A stretch of DNA of 64,000 nucleotides from an uncultured Alphaproteobacteria bacterium (lineage in GTDB: Bacteria > Pseudomonadota > Alphaproteobacteria > Rhizobiales > Xanthobacteraceae): assembly GCA_963744675.1 (NCBI GenBank), contig CAVUUO010000002.1, positions 8,780 to 72,779 of the forward strand, in the 5' to 3' direction. A program made the position numbers and the translations under genes. Of this stretch, positions 40,936 to 51,825 are shown piece after piece. How positions within the stretch are numbered: position 1 is the first letter of the stretch; the number at the start of each line of letters is the position of its first letter. Below the pieces are notes generated by a model that searched no databases, was not told the origin of the DNA, and was given only the letters and a program-made list of their open reading frames with translations.

Positions 40936-43900
40936 CTATTCCGCCGGGGCGGCAGCCGGCACGGGTTCGGATCGCCGCCGCAGCCGGTCGATCAGCAGAT
41001 AAATCACCGGCGTCGTGTACAGCGTCAGGACTTGCGATACCAGCAATCCGCCGATGATGGTGATGCCGAGCGGCCGGCGCAGCTCGGTGCCGGGACCGGT
41101 GGCGATCGCCAGCGGAATGCCCGCGAAAAGCGCCGCCATGGTCGTCATCAGGATGGGACGAAACCGCACGCTGCACGCCTCGAAAATCGCCTCCGCCGAT
41201 GACAGCCCGCGATGCCGCTCGGCATCCAGCGCAAAGTCCACGATCATGATGCCGTTTTTCTTGACGATACCGATCAACAGGATGATGCCGACGAAGGCGA
41301 TGATAGTCAGCGGCGTGTTGGTGACCTGCAACGCCAAGAGCGCGCCCAAGCCCGCCGAAGGCAACGTCGAAATGATGGTCAGCGGATGTGCGAGGCTCTC
41401 ATAGAGCACGCCCAGCACGATATACATCGCCACCAGCGCGCCGAGGATCAGCAGCGGCTGCCTTCCTGCGGTCTTGTTGAAATCGCCGGCATTGCCGTCG
41501 AAGCTGCCGCGAATGCCTTCGGGCATATGCAGTTCATCCACCGCGCGCTGGATGTTTGACGTGGCAACCTCCAGCGGAACGTCGGGCAGGATGTTGAAGG
41601 ATACCGTGGTCGAGGGAAACGATTGCGAGTGATAGACCGCCAGCGGCGACAAGCCGCGCTGATAGCGGACGACCGCCGATAGCGGCACTTGCGTGCCATT
41701 GGCGCCGGCAACGAAGATACGTTCGAGGTTGGACGGGTCGCTCTGAAATTTCGGGTCGATCTCCAGCACCACCATGTACTGGTTGCGCTGCGTGTAGATG
41801 AACGAGATCTGCCGCTGCGAAAACGCGTTGTTGAGCGCGTTGTCGATATCCTGGACCCGCACGCCAAGGCTCGAGGCCTTTTGCCGGTCGATCGACAATG
41901 TTAGTTGCAGTCCGCCTGGATCGCGGTCGCTGGAGACGTCGGTGATGCCCTCGACGGTTTCCATGCGCTTGGCGACCAGCGGCGCCCATTTCTGCAGCAG
42001 CTCGAGGTCGGTGCTGGACAAGGTGTACTGATAGTCTGAATCGCTTTGCCTTCCGCCGGTGCGGATATCCTGGGCGGCGAACATGAACAGCCTGATACCC
42101 GCGACCTGGCTGAGATTCTTGCGCAGGCGGTCGATCACAAGGGCGGTGGTGAGCCCGCCTCGCTCCGCGGGCGGCTTGAGGCTGATGAACATAAAGCCGC
42201 GATTGGAGCCGCCGCCTCCGGGACCGCCGGCGCCGCCGAGCGATGACCCAATTCCCGCCACCGCCGGATCGGCCATTACGATATCGGCCAGCCGCTGCTG
42301 CAGCCCAAGCATGGTCTGGAACGAGGTGTCTGCCGATGCCCGCGTCGAGCCGATCACGAAACCGCTGTCGTCGACCGGAAAATAACCCTTCGGGGTCTTG
42401 ATATAGAGCGTCACCGTCAGCGCGATGGTCGCAAAGAACACCAGCAGCGTCAGAAACGGGAAATCGAGCACGAAGCGCAGCGTCCGCTCATAGAACGAAA
42501 CAATGCGCGACAGCGAACCCTCGACGATGCGGTCGAACCTTGTCGCATCGTTCGATGTCGTCTGCTTGATATAGTGAGCGCAGATCATCGGGGTGATGGT
42601 CAGCGACACCACCGTGGACACGACGATGGCGAATGTCAGCGTCAGCGAAAATTCGCGCAACAGCCGGCCGACGATCCCATCCATGAAGATCAGCGGCGTG
42701 AACGCCGCGATCAGCGACAGGCTGATCGACAGCACCGTGAAGCCGATTTGCCTCGCCCCTTCAAGCGCCGCCTGATAGGGCCGCATGCCATGTTCGAGAT
42801 TGCGGTACATGTTCTCGATCATGACGATGGCATCATCGACCACGAAGCCGATCGAGATCGCCAGCGCCATCAGCGACAGATTGTCGATCGAAAATCCGGC
42901 GAGCCACATGCCGGCGCAGGTGCCGGCCAATGCCAGCGGCACCGAAACGCCGGCGGCGATGGTCGGCGTGATCCGGCGCAGGAACACGAACACCACGAGC
43001 ATGACCAGGAACGCGGTGGCCAGCAGTGTGAGCTGCATGTCCTCGACGCTGGCCCGGATCGTTCCGGTGCGGTCGGTCAAAGTCGAAATTTCGACGCCGC
43101 CTGGGATCCATTGCTTGAGATCGGGGATCAGCGCCTTTACCCGATCGACCATGTCAATGACGTTGGCGTCGCCCTGCTTGGTGATCTGGATCAGCACCGC
43201 CGGCTGCTTGTTGAACCACGCGATCGACCGGCTGTTGCGGACGGAGTCTTCGACGTCGGCCACGTCGGCAAGCCTCACGAAACTGCCGTTCCTGCTCTTG
43301 ATCAGGATGTCGCGAAATTCGGCCGCGGTCCGCATCTGCTTGTTGACCGAGAGGGTTTCGCTCTGGCGCGCGCCGTTGAAAATGCCGACCGGACCCAGCG
43401 GATTGGCGTTGATGATCGCGGTCCTGACGTCGTCGGTCGCGATCCCGGCATTGGAGAGCGCCACCGGATTGAGCGCGATGCGCACGGCGGGCTGATCGGC
43501 TCCGGTCACGGTCACCTCGCCAACGCCCGGCACCTGGGAAATCCGCTGCGCGATCACGGTATCGGCGACGTCGTAGATGGCGCTCGGCGAAATCGTCTTC
43601 GAAGTCAGCGCCAGCACGAATACCGGCGCCGCGGCCGGGTTGGCCTTGCGGAATTTCGGCAGGCTGGGCAGGTCGCTCGGCAGATCCGCCAGCGAGGCAT
43701 TGATTGCGGCCTGAACGTCGCGGGCGGCGCGGTCGATGTCGCGGCCGATGGCGAATTGCAGCTGGATGCTGGTCGATCCCAGCGAACTGGTTGATGTGAT
43801 CTGGTTGATGCCGGCGATCTGGCCGAGCCGGCGTTCCAGGGGTGCTGCCACGGTCCCCGCCATCACCGTCGGGTCTGCGCCCGGACGGCTTGCCGAAACC

Positions 43901-44040
43901 CGGATCATCGGGAAATCGACGTTCGGCACCGCGGCGACAGGCAGGAAGTTGTAGGCAACGGCGCCGATCAAAAAAAGCCCGATCGCCAGCAGCGTGGTGC
44001 CCACCGGCCGCCGGATGAATGGCTCGGAAATCGACAGCAT
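40936..44040 (-). CDS. mdtC: RND efflux permease, MdtC-like
   Basis: FIRRPVGTTL, GFVVDDAIV, GIVKKNGIM, RFRPILMTT. Confidence 0.88.
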   Translation of the reverse strand: MLSISEPFIRRPVGTTLLAIGLFLIGAVAYNFLPVAAVPNVDFPMIRVSASRPGADPTVMAGTVAAPLERRLGQIAGINQITSTSSLGSTSIQLQFAIGRDIDRAARDVQAAINASLADLPSDLPSLPKFRKANPAAAPVFVLALTSKTISPSAIYDVADTVIAQRISQVPGVGEVTVTGADQPAVRIALNPVALSNAGIATDDVRTAIINANPLGPVGIFNGARQSETLSVNKQMRTAAEFRDILIKSRNGSFVRLADVADVEDSVRNSRSIAWFNKQPAVLIQITKQGDANVIDMVDRVKALIPDLKQWIPGGVEISTLTDRTGTIRASVEDMQLTLLATAFLVMLVVFVFLRRITPTIAAGVSVPLALAGTCAGMWLAGFSIDNLSLMALAISIGFVVDDAIVMIENMYRNLEHGMRPYQAALEGARQIGFTVLSISLSLIAAFTPLIFMDGIVGRLLREFSLTLTFAIVVSTVVSLTITPMICAHYIKQTTSNDATRFDRIVEGSLSRIVSFYERTLRFVLDFPFLTLLVFFATIALTVTLYIKTPKGYFPVDDSGFVIGSTRASADTSFQTMLGLQQRLADIVMADPAVAGIGSSLGGAGGPGGGGSNRGFMFISLKPPAERGGLTTALVIDRLRKNLSQVAGIRLFMFAAQDIRTGGRQSDSDYQYTLSSTDLELLQKWAPLVAKRMETVEGITDVSSDRDPGGLQLTLSIDRQKASSLGVRVQDIDNALNNAFSQRQISFIYTQRNQYMVVLEIDPKFQSDPSNLERIFVAGANGTQVPLSAVVRYQRGLSPLAVYHSQSFPSTTVSFNILPDVPLEVATSNIQRAVDELHMPEGIRGSFDGNAGDFNKTAGRQPLLILGALVAMYIVLGVLYESLAHPLTIISTLPSAGLGALLALQVTNTPLTIIAFVGIILLIGIVKKNGIMIVDFALDAERHRGLSSAEAIFEACSVRFRPILMTTMAALFAGIPLAIATGPGTELRRPLGITIIGGLLVSQVLTLYTTPVIYLLIDRLRRRSEPVPAAAPAE

Positions 44041-47000
44041 TACTGCATTCCCTCGGTCGCTCCCGCGATCGGCGGCAACGGCAGTTCGGGTCCGACCGGC
44101 GGCACCGCCTTCTCGATCCGCCGGTTCAGCCGGTCGAGCGCGAGGTAGATCACCGGCGTCGTGTAGAGCGTCAGCAACTGGCTGAGCAGCAGGCCGCCGA
44201 TGATGGAAATGCCAAGCGGAAACCGCAACTCGGCGCCGGTGCCGCTTTCGACCGCCAGCGGCAGCGCGCCGAACAAAGCGGCCAGCGTGGTCATCATGAT
44301 GGGGCGGAAGCGCAGCAGACAGGCCTGCACGATGGCGTCATATGCCGACATGCCCTGATGCCGCTCCGCCTCCAGCGCGAAATCGATCATCATGATAGCG
44401 TTCTTCTTGACGATACCCATCAAGAGAATGATGCCGATCAGTCCGATGACGGACAGATCCTGCCCGAACAGCATCAGCGCGAGAATGGCGCCGACGCCCG
44501 CCGACGGCAGCGTCGAGAGGATCGTGATGGGATGAATGTAGCTTTCGTAGAGCACCCCGAGCACGATGTAGATGGTGACGAGGGCGGCGAGTATCAGCCA
44601 CGGCTGTCCCGCCAGCGATTTCGAGAATTCGGCGGCGTCGCCGGCGAACAGTCCGACGATGCTGGTCGGCATTCCGATCCGCGTTTCGATGGTCTTGACC
44701 TCTTCTACCGCGTCGCCCAGCGCCGCACCCGGCGCAAGGTTGAAGCTCAGCGAAATCGCTGGAAACTGCGCCTGGTGCGAGATCGCCAGCGGCGCCGTGG
44801 TCCGCGTCAGAGTCGCCACCGCGGATATCGGCACTTGTCCGGCGGCGACGCCGGGAATTCCGCTGGCCGCGCCGGGGACGTAGAGTTTAGAGAGGATCGA
44901 GGGATCGCGCTGTTGCTCGGGCAAAGCCTCCAGCACCACGCGATACTGGTTGGCCTGCCCGTAGATCGTCGAAATCTGCCGCTGCGCGAAGGCGTCGTTC
45001 AACGTGTCGTTCACGGCCTGGATGCTGACGCCGAGCTGGCCTGCGCGCTGACGGTTGACATCGAGCGCCGCGCGCAACCCTCCCTCCTGGGCCTCCGACG
45101 ACACGTCGCGGAACAGCGGATCGCGGCGCAGTTCCGCAACCAGTCTGTTGGCCCATTGAACCACCTGCGCGGAATCGGTGCCGGTCAGCGTGTACTGATA
45201 TTGCGAACGGCTCGACTGGGTGCTGATCTGGACGTCCTGCACCGGCTGGAAATAGATCGTCATGCCGGGAATCGACGCCACGCGCTGTTTCAATCGCACG
45301 ACCACGACCGCAATATCGTCGCGCCGTTCGCCGCGCGGTTTTAGGGTCATCACCAGCCGGCCGACATTGGTGGTCGGGTTGACCGAACCTGCGCCGATGA
45401 CCGACACCACGCCGGTGACATCGGGATCGGCCCTGATCGCGTCCGCGGCCTCGGTCTGGCGGCTCTGCATCTCGGCGAACGACACGTCGGCGCCGGCCTC
45501 GGTCACCGCGGTGATCGACGCCGTGTCCTGCAGCGGCAGAAAGCCTTTCGGCGCCACGATGTACATCGCTACCGTCGCGACGATCGTTGCCAATGTAACG
45601 ACCAGCGTCGCGCGCTGGTGCTGCAGCACCCGCAGCAATGTGCGATGATAGAACTCGACCATGCGGTCGATGCCGCGGCTGACCGCGGCAAGACCCGGGA
45701 CCGCGATCTCCTCGCCGGCATGCTTGAGCAGCCGCGAACACATCATCGGCGTCAGCGTCAACGAAACAATCGCCGACGTCACCACCGCAATCGTCAGGGT
45801 CAGCGCGAATTCGCGGAACATCCGCCCCACCAGGCCGGACATGAATAGCAACGGAATGAATACCGCGATCAACGACACGGTCAGCGAAATCACGGTGAAG
45901 CCGATTTCGCTGGCGCCGCGCAGCGACGCTTCCATGGCGGTTTCGCCGTTCTCCATGTGACGAACGATATTCTCGATCATCACGATGGCGTCGTCGACCA
46001 CGAAGCCGGTGCCGATGGTCAGCGCCATCAGCGAGAGATTGTCGAGGCTGAAACCGGAAAAATACATGATGCCGAAGCTGGTGATCAGCGACAGCGGCAG
46101 CGCCACGCCGGCGATCAGCGTCGCGCGCAGCGAGCGCAGGAACAGTAGCACCACCAGCGTCACCAGCACGACGCTCAGGATCAGCGTGAACTGCACGTCG
46201 TTGACCGAGGCGCGGATGGTCACGGTGCGGTCGCTGACGATGGTCAGCTTTACCCCGGCGGGAATCGCCCGCTGCACTTTGGGGATTTCGGCCCGGATTT
46301 GCCGGACCACTTCGATGACATTGGCGCCGGGCTGGCGCTGGATGTCGATGATCACCGCCGGGGTGCCGTTGTACCAGCCGCCGGTGCGGTCGTTCTCCAG
46401 TCCATCGACGATCTTTGCGACATCGCCGATCGTCACCGGCGAGCCGTTGCGGTAGGCGATGATGATAGGCTTGTAGGCTTCGGCAGCTGCGATCTGGTCA
46501 TTGGCGGCGATGGTGTAGGCCTGTTGCGCGCCGTCGAGCGATCCTTTCGGCCCCGAAACGTTGGCGCCGGCGATGGCGCTGCGTAGATCTTCCATCGCGA
46601 TGCCGTAAGCCGCGAGCCGCGCCAGATCGGCCTGCACGCGCACCGCGGGCTTGAGGCCGCCCAGCACCGCGACGCGTCCGACGCCGGAAATCTGGCTGAG
46701 GCGCTGCGCGAGCAGCGTGTCGGCGATGTCGCTCATGGCGCGCAGCGAAATCGTTTCCGATGTCAGCGCCAGCGTCATCACCGGCGCGTCCGCCGGGTTC
46801 ACCTTGGCGTAGGTCGGCGGATACGGCAGATTTTTCGGCAGGATTCCGGCGGCGGCGTTGATCGCGGCCTGCACATCCTGGGTGGCGCCGTCGATGTCAC
46901 GGTTGAGGTCGAACTGCAGCGAAATCTGGCTGACGCCGAACGAGGAGGTCGACGTCATCGACGACAGCGACGGAATTTGCCCGAGCTGGCGTTCCAGCGG

Positions 47001-47195
47001 CGCTGTTATCAGCGAGGCGATCACGTCAGGGCTGGCGCCGGGCAACTGCGTCGTCACCTGCACGGTCGGGAAATCGACCTGCGGCAGTGCCGATACCGGC
47101 AGCGCCCAGTAACCGAGCACGCCGCCGATCAACAGCGCTATCCCCAGCAGCGAAGTCGCGATCGGACGGCGGATGAAAGGTTCGGAGACGCTCAT
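44040..47195 (-). CDS. mdtB: RND efflux permease, MdtB-like
   Basis: FIRRPIATSL, GFVVDDAIV, GIVKKNAIM, RFRPIMMTT; tandem heteromeric RND pair. Confidence 0.88.
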   Translation of the reverse strand: MSVSEPFIRRPIATSLLGIALLIGGVLGYWALPVSALPQVDFPTVQVTTQLPGASPDVIASLITAPLERQLGQIPSLSSMTSTSSFGVSQISLQFDLNRDIDGATQDVQAAINAAAGILPKNLPYPPTYAKVNPADAPVMTLALTSETISLRAMSDIADTLLAQRLSQISGVGRVAVLGGLKPAVRVQADLARLAAYGIAMEDLRSAIAGANVSGPKGSLDGAQQAYTIAANDQIAAAEAYKPIIIAYRNGSPVTIGDVAKIVDGLENDRTGGWYNGTPAVIIDIQRQPGANVIEVVRQIRAEIPKVQRAIPAGVKLTIVSDRTVTIRASVNDVQFTLILSVVLVTLVVLLFLRSLRATLIAGVALPLSLITSFGIMYFSGFSLDNLSLMALTIGTGFVVDDAIVMIENIVRHMENGETAMEASLRGASEIGFTVISLTVSLIAVFIPLLFMSGLVGRMFREFALTLTIAVVTSAIVSLTLTPMMCSRLLKHAGEEIAVPGLAAVSRGIDRMVEFYHRTLLRVLQHQRATLVVTLATIVATVAMYIVAPKGFLPLQDTASITAVTEAGADVSFAEMQSRQTEAADAIRADPDVTGVVSVIGAGSVNPTTNVGRLVMTLKPRGERRDDIAVVVVRLKQRVASIPGMTIYFQPVQDVQISTQSSRSQYQYTLTGTDSAQVVQWANRLVAELRRDPLFRDVSSEAQEGGLRAALDVNRQRAGQLGVSIQAVNDTLNDAFAQRQISTIYGQANQYRVVLEALPEQQRDPSILSKLYVPGAASGIPGVAAGQVPISAVATLTRTTAPLAISHQAQFPAISLSFNLAPGAALGDAVEEVKTIETRIGMPTSIVGLFAGDAAEFSKSLAGQPWLILAALVTIYIVLGVLYESYIHPITILSTLPSAGVGAILALMLFGQDLSVIGLIGIILLMGIVKKNAIMMIDFALEAERHQGMSAYDAIVQACLLRFRPIMMTTLAALFGALPLAVESGTGAELRFPLGISIIGGLLLSQLLTLYTTPVIYLALDRLNRRIEKAVPPVGPELPLPPIAGATEGMQ

Positions 47196-47248
47196 GGCTG
47201 CGTGCTCTTTGCTGCGGCGGTCATGGCGTTACGCCGTCGAGGTGTAAA

Positions 47249-48622
47249 TCATGGCTGCGCCTTTGCTCCGCGGCCTGACTTGTCGCTCCGCTGCGCCGGT
47301 GCCGGTCCGGTTTGACCCTTTTGATCGCCTTCGCCCTGCCCGCCCTTCTTGCCGTCCTTGCCCGCGCCCTGCGCGTCCCGGCTGCTCCTGCGCTTGCGCG
47401 GCGCGAGATCCGCCGAGGGGGTTTGCTCGTCCTTGCCGACGATGACTTTTGAGCCGTCGGCCAAATTGGCAAAGCCGGTTGTGACGACGCGATCGGACGG
47501 CGTGAGGCCGCTGCCGATCACCGCGTCGGTCTCGTTCTGCTGAATCACCGTGATCGGCTTCGCCGTCACGATGTCATCGTCGCCGATGACATAGCTGAAT
47601 GTTCCGGCAGGTCCCCGCTGCGCCGCCGAGGTCGGTATCACCAGTGCCTGCGGCAGCGTCTCGACCTTGAGCCGAACGTTGACGAATTGTCCGGGCCACA
47701 ATTGAAAATTGGCATTGGGAAATTCGGCCTTGAGTTTTAGCGTCCCGGTGGCCGGATCGACCTGGTTGTCGATGCCGGTCAGCTTGCCGGTGTCGGCCAC
47801 CGTCGCGCCGTCATTGCCGAACACATCGACCGACAGCGCGCCCTTTGCCGAGGCGGCGTTGACGCGCACGATCTGCTGCTGCGGAAGGCTGAACTGCACG
47901 GCAATCGGCTGCAGCTGCGTGATGATCACGAGGCCGGTGGCGTCGGAGGCGTGGATGATGTTGCCCTGATCGACCTGGCGCAGACCGGCGCGGCCCGACA
48001 GCGGCGCGATGATCTTGGTGTAACCGAGCGTTGCCTGCGCGTTGTCGATCATGGCCTGATCGGCGTTGACCAATGCTTCCTGCTGGGCGACGACGGCGCG
48101 CTGCGTATCGGCCTGCTGCTTCGAGCCGGCGTTGGAGGCGGCCAGTTGCTGGTAGCGCGTCAAGTCGAGACGCATGTTGGCAAGCTGCGCTTCGTCCTGG
48201 GCTTTCTTGGCGACGGCCTGATCGAGCTGCGCCTTGTAGATCACGGGATCGATCTCGCCGAGGATGTCGCCCTTCTTGACGTCCTGTCCTTCGCTGAAGT
48301 TGACGGCAATCAATTTGCCATCGACCTGAGCGCGCACCAGCACGTTGTTCAGCGCGCGAACCGAACCGACGCCTTCGAGATAGACCGGCACGTCCTGGAT
48401 CCGCGGCGTCGTCGCCAGCACGGGAACTGCGAGATCGGGCCGTGCCCGGTTTGCCGCCTGCTGCTTCTGTTGAAAAGAGGTCCAGCCGATATAGCCGAGG
48501 CCGCCGAGGATCAGCAAAGTGACGAAAATCGAAACCGTGCGGCGGCGCGCGCGCCCGGCCACGCGGGCCATGCCATCGCTCGCCGCTTTCGCGGTTTCGT
48601 TCAAATCCGGCTTAAAGAGCAT
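47249..48622 (-). CDS. mdtA: RND membrane fusion protein, MdtA-like
   Basis: N-terminal TM, VRAQVDG, APLSGRAGLRQVDQGN, LWPGQFVNV. Confidence 0.88.
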   Translation of the reverse strand: MLFKPDLNETAKAASDGMARVAGRARRRTVSIFVTLLILGGLGYIGWTSFQQKQQAANRARPDLAVPVLATTPRIQDVPVYLEGVGSVRALNNVLVRAQVDGKLIAVNFSEGQDVKKGDILGEIDPVIYKAQLDQAVAKKAQDEAQLANMRLDLTRYQQLAASNAGSKQQADTQRAVVAQQEALVNADQAMIDNAQATLGYTKIIAPLSGRAGLRQVDQGNIIHASDATGLVIITQLQPIAVQFSLPQQQIVRVNAASAKGALSVDVFGNDGATVADTGKLTGIDNQVDPATGTLKLKAEFPNANFQLWPGQFVNVRLKVETLPQALVIPTSAAQRGPAGTFSYVIGDDDIVTAKPITVIQQNETDAVIGSGLTPSDRVVTTGFANLADGSKVIVGKDEQTPSADLAPRKRRSSRDAQGAGKDGKKGGQGEGDQKGQTGPAPAQRSDKSGRGAKAQP

Positions 48623-50087
48623 TGACCGGCCTTTCCACCGTGGGCTCCCAGCCGCCACCCAGCGCCTGATAAAGGCTGACGAACGCAAGCAGGCGGGCGA
48701 GTTGCGCCTGCCACAGCACGTCTTCCGCCTGAAATAGCGTCAATTGCGTATTTAGCACAGTCACGATGTCGGCGGTGCCGGCGCGAAGCTGCTGCTCGGA
48801 CAATTGAAACGCCCGCCGCGAGGCGGCCACGACCTCGCGCTGCAGCCGCAGCTTTTCGCTGGTCTGCCGGATCGCCACCAGCGCGTTGTCGACATCGGCA
48901 AATGCCGAAACCACGGTCTTGCGGTAGGTCTGCAACAGTTCATCCTGTCTCGCCTTGGTGAATTCGAAATTGCCAAGGATCCGGCCGCCGTCGAAAACCG
49001 GCTGGGTCAGTCCGCCCACCAGGTTGAAGAACGCCGCATGCGGCTGGAACAGCTGCGCCAATGCCGAACTCTGATAGCCGCCCTGCCCCGTCAACGTGAT
49101 GCTGGGGAAAAACTGCGCGCGGGCGCTGCCGACATTGGCGGTGGCGGAAGCAAGCTGCGCCTCCTGGCGGCGAATATCCGGGCGCTGCGTCAGCAATTCC
49201 GACGGCAGGCCGGGGGTCACCCGCGGCGGCGAAATCTGGCTGAGCGAGCCGCCGGTGATCTTGACGCTTTCCGGCGGCCTCGACACCAACGTCGCCAGCG
49301 CGTTGATGTTCTGCGCCAGCGTCTGCCGCAGCTGCGGCACCGAAGCCCGCTGGTTGGCAAGCACGGCTTCCTGCTGGGCCACGTCGAGATCGGTGCCGGT
49401 CCCGGCCTTGAAGCGCTGCCTGATGGCGTCGAGAATTCGCGTGGCGCTGGCGATGTTGCCGGTGGCCGTGCGGATCCGGTCCTGCGATGCCAGGACCTGG
49501 AAATAGGCGTTGGCAACGCTGGCGAACGTCGTCAGCGCCACCACGTCACGATCGAAGCGACTTGCCGTGGATGTTTCATCGGCCGCCAGCGCCGCATCGC
49601 GGTTCTTGCCCCAGAAATCGATTTCGTAGGCGGAGCTGATCGAGGACGTATAGTTGACCACTTCGCGGCCGCCAATGGACAAGCCGCTGGCGCTGGAGCC
49701 CGACGTGCGGGAATACGCCTCCGAGCCATTGAAGTTCAGCGTCGGCAGCAACGCCGCGCCGGCGATGCGCGCCTGCGCATCGGCCTGAAGGAGCCGCGCA
49801 GTGGCCGCGGCGATGTCGAGATTGACCGTCTGCGCCTCTTCCATCAGCGTGGTCAATTCGAAAGACCGGAAACCACGCCACCAATCCAGCTTCGGCGGCG
49901 CGCCGGGGTTGGTCGGTCGCGCGGCCTTGTAACCGTTCGGGATCTCCAAAGCGGGATCGGGAAGGTCCTTGGTCAGGATGCAACCTGCCGAGGTGGCGAC
50001 GACGGCCAGCGCGGCGAGCAACCTCACCGTGCCATCCATGCACGCGGTCACGCCCATCCTGCACGCGCCCAAATCGTTCACGCCCAC
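48612..50087 (-). CDS. NodT/OprM-family outer membrane factor lipoprotein
   Basis: Lipobox SAGC, WWRGF, YEIDFWG, QRPDIR, LYQALGGGW; start position uncertain. Confidence 0.9.
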   Translation of the reverse strand: MGVNDLGACRMGVTACMDGTVRLLAALAVVATSAGCILTKDLPDPALEIPNGYKAARPTNPGAPPKLDWWRGFRSFELTTLMEEAQTVNLDIAAATARLLQADAQARIAGAALLPTLNFNGSEAYSRTSGSSASGLSIGGREVVNYTSSISSAYEIDFWGKNRDAALAADETSTASRFDRDVVALTTFASVANAYFQVLASQDRIRTATGNIASATRILDAIRQRFKAGTGTDLDVAQQEAVLANQRASVPQLRQTLAQNINALATLVSRPPESVKITGGSLSQISPPRVTPGLPSELLTQRPDIRRQEAQLASATANVGSARAQFFPSITLTGQGGYQSSALAQLFQPHAAFFNLVGGLTQPVFDGGRILGNFEFTKARQDELLQTYRKTVVSAFADVDNALVAIRQTSEKLRLQREVVAASRRAFQLSEQQLRAGTADIVTVLNTQLTLFQAEDVLWQAQLARLLAFVSLYQALGGGWEPTVERPVNAL

Positions 50088-50451
50088 CCTCCGCCGAGGG
50101 TAACGCTGGGCGTCCGCCTCCGACAGCGCCTGCCCGCCTCGCGAACGAGCCGAACTCTTTCAGACAGGACGTGCGACGCATTCACCGGGTGATGCTTTCT
50201 CTGGAACCGCCGCCATTCTAGCTGCCGGAATGACGCGCGGACAGTCCTGTTCGGGCAACAGTCACAGCAAGTCATCCCGGAGCAAGCCGTGCGAACGGCG
50301 GCCGGAATTGTCAATTCGCCATATTTTATCGGGCTTGGCCGGGCCGTGAGCCAATTCAGGGCAAACGCCAAGCTTACCAAGATTTCATGTCCCCTTCCGG
50401 ACCACAAAATCGGAAGGCCGGGTTCCCGCAGCGGAGCGGCCGGCCCGCCGG

Positions 50452-50477
50452 TGAAACTTCCGCGGAAAGCCGTCGTA
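50452..50477 (+). promoter_or_regulatory. Putative ECF-sigma promoter
   Basis: TGAAAC-N16-CGTA, ending 32 nt before the ATG of the FAD oxidoreductase. Confidence 0.45.
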
Positions 50478-50509
50478 TCTCGGGGGTCAACGGACGACAG
50501 GGGCTGGGA

Positions 50510-51823
50510 ATGCGCGTCGGCATCATTGGAACGGGAATCGCCGGCAATGCGGCCGCCTGGGCCTTGTCGAAGCGTTACCCGGTCACCGTCTATGAGCGCG
50601 AGATCAGGCCCGGCGGCCACAGCCATACCGTGACCATCGACTATGACGGCACGCCGCTCGCCGTGGACGTCGGCTTCATTGTCTACAACGAACTGAATTA
50701 TCCCGATCTGACCGCGCTGTTTGCCCATCTCGGCGTGGCAACGACGGAAAGCTGCATGAGCTTTGCGGTGACGGCGGATGCCGGCCGTTTCGAATGGAAA
50801 GGCGGCGGCAACACCTGGCGCGATACAGCGGAAGGCCTGTTCGCCCAGCCGAAAAATCTGTTGTCGCCGTCATACCTGTGGATGCTGCGCGACATCCTGA
50901 CTTTCAACACCAAGAGCATCGAGGATTACGCGGCCGGCAAACTCAGCGGCCTTACACTGGGCGAATATTTTGCCCATCGCAAATTCGCACCGCGGCTGCT
51001 CACCGATTATCTGGCGCCGATGGGAGCCGCCATCTGGTCCGCGCCATCAGATCAGATGCTGGACTTCCCGGCCGAGAATTTCGTCGCCTTCTTCAGCAAT
51101 CATCGTCTGCTGCAATATGACCGTCCGGTCTGGCGCACCGTGACCGGCGGCAGCCGCCGCTATGTGGAAAAACTGACGTCGGCATTTAGGGATCGGCTTC
51201 GACTGGGCTGCGCCGTAACCTCGATTGCGCGCAGCTCCCATGGCGTGGTGGTCAACGACAGCCATGGCGGAAGCGAATGCTATGACCACGTTGTGATCGC
51301 TGCGCATAGCGATCAGGCGCTGGCGCTGCTGTCCGATGCCAGCGATCGGGAGCGCGCCGTTCTCGGCGACATCCGCTATGCGCCCAATGTCGTCTATCTC
51401 CATCGCGACATCAGGCTGATGCCGAAGCGCCGGCGCGCCTGGGCGTCGTGGAATTTCCTGCGCTGGCAGCGCCAGGGGACTATGGTCAACGACGTGGCGG
51501 TGACCTACTGGATGAACCGGCTGCAGGGCATCGACGACGACAAGCCGCTGTTCATCAGCCTCAATCCTCCGTTCGAGCCCGATCCGGCGCTGACATTCGC
51601 CAGGTACATGTGCGATCATCCGCAATACAACGCCGCCGCCTTCGCCGCGCAAAAACGGCTTGGCGAGATTCAAGGCAAGCGCCACATCTGGTTTTGCGGC
51701 GCTTGGACCGGATACGGCTTTCATGAGGATGGGCTGCGATCCGGCCTCGCGGTCGCAGAGGCGTTGGGGGCAACGGTGCCGTGGCGCGCGCCACCGCCCG
51801 AACTGGCGCAAGCCGCGGAGTAG
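50510..51823 (+). CDS. FAD-dependent oxidoreductase (UfaD-like fatty-acyl desaturase)
   Basis: GIIGTGIAG, GGHSHT, DVGFIVYN, WASWNF, GYGFHEDG; followed by DUF1365 and a CFA-like methylase. Confidence 0.85.
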   Translation: MRVGIIGTGIAGNAAAWALSKRYPVTVYEREIRPGGHSHTVTIDYDGTPLAVDVGFIVYNELNYPDLTALFAHLGVATTESCMSFAVTADAGRFEWKGGGNTWRDTAEGLFAQPKNLLSPSYLWMLRDILTFNTKSIEDYAAGKLSGLTLGEYFAHRKFAPRLLTDYLAPMGAAIWSAPSDQMLDFPAENFVAFFSNHRLLQYDRPVWRTVTGGSRRYVEKLTSAFRDRLRLGCAVTSIARSSHGVVVNDSHGGSECYDHVVIAAHSDQALALLSDASDRERAVLGDIRYAPNVVYLHRDIRLMPKRRRAWASWNFLRWQRQGTMVNDVAVTYWMNRLQGIDDDKPLFISLNPPFEPDPALTFARYMCDHPQYNAAAFAAQKRLGEIQGKRHIWFCGAWTGYGFHEDGLRSGLAVAEALGATVPWRAPPPELAQAAE

Positions 51824-51825
51824 CG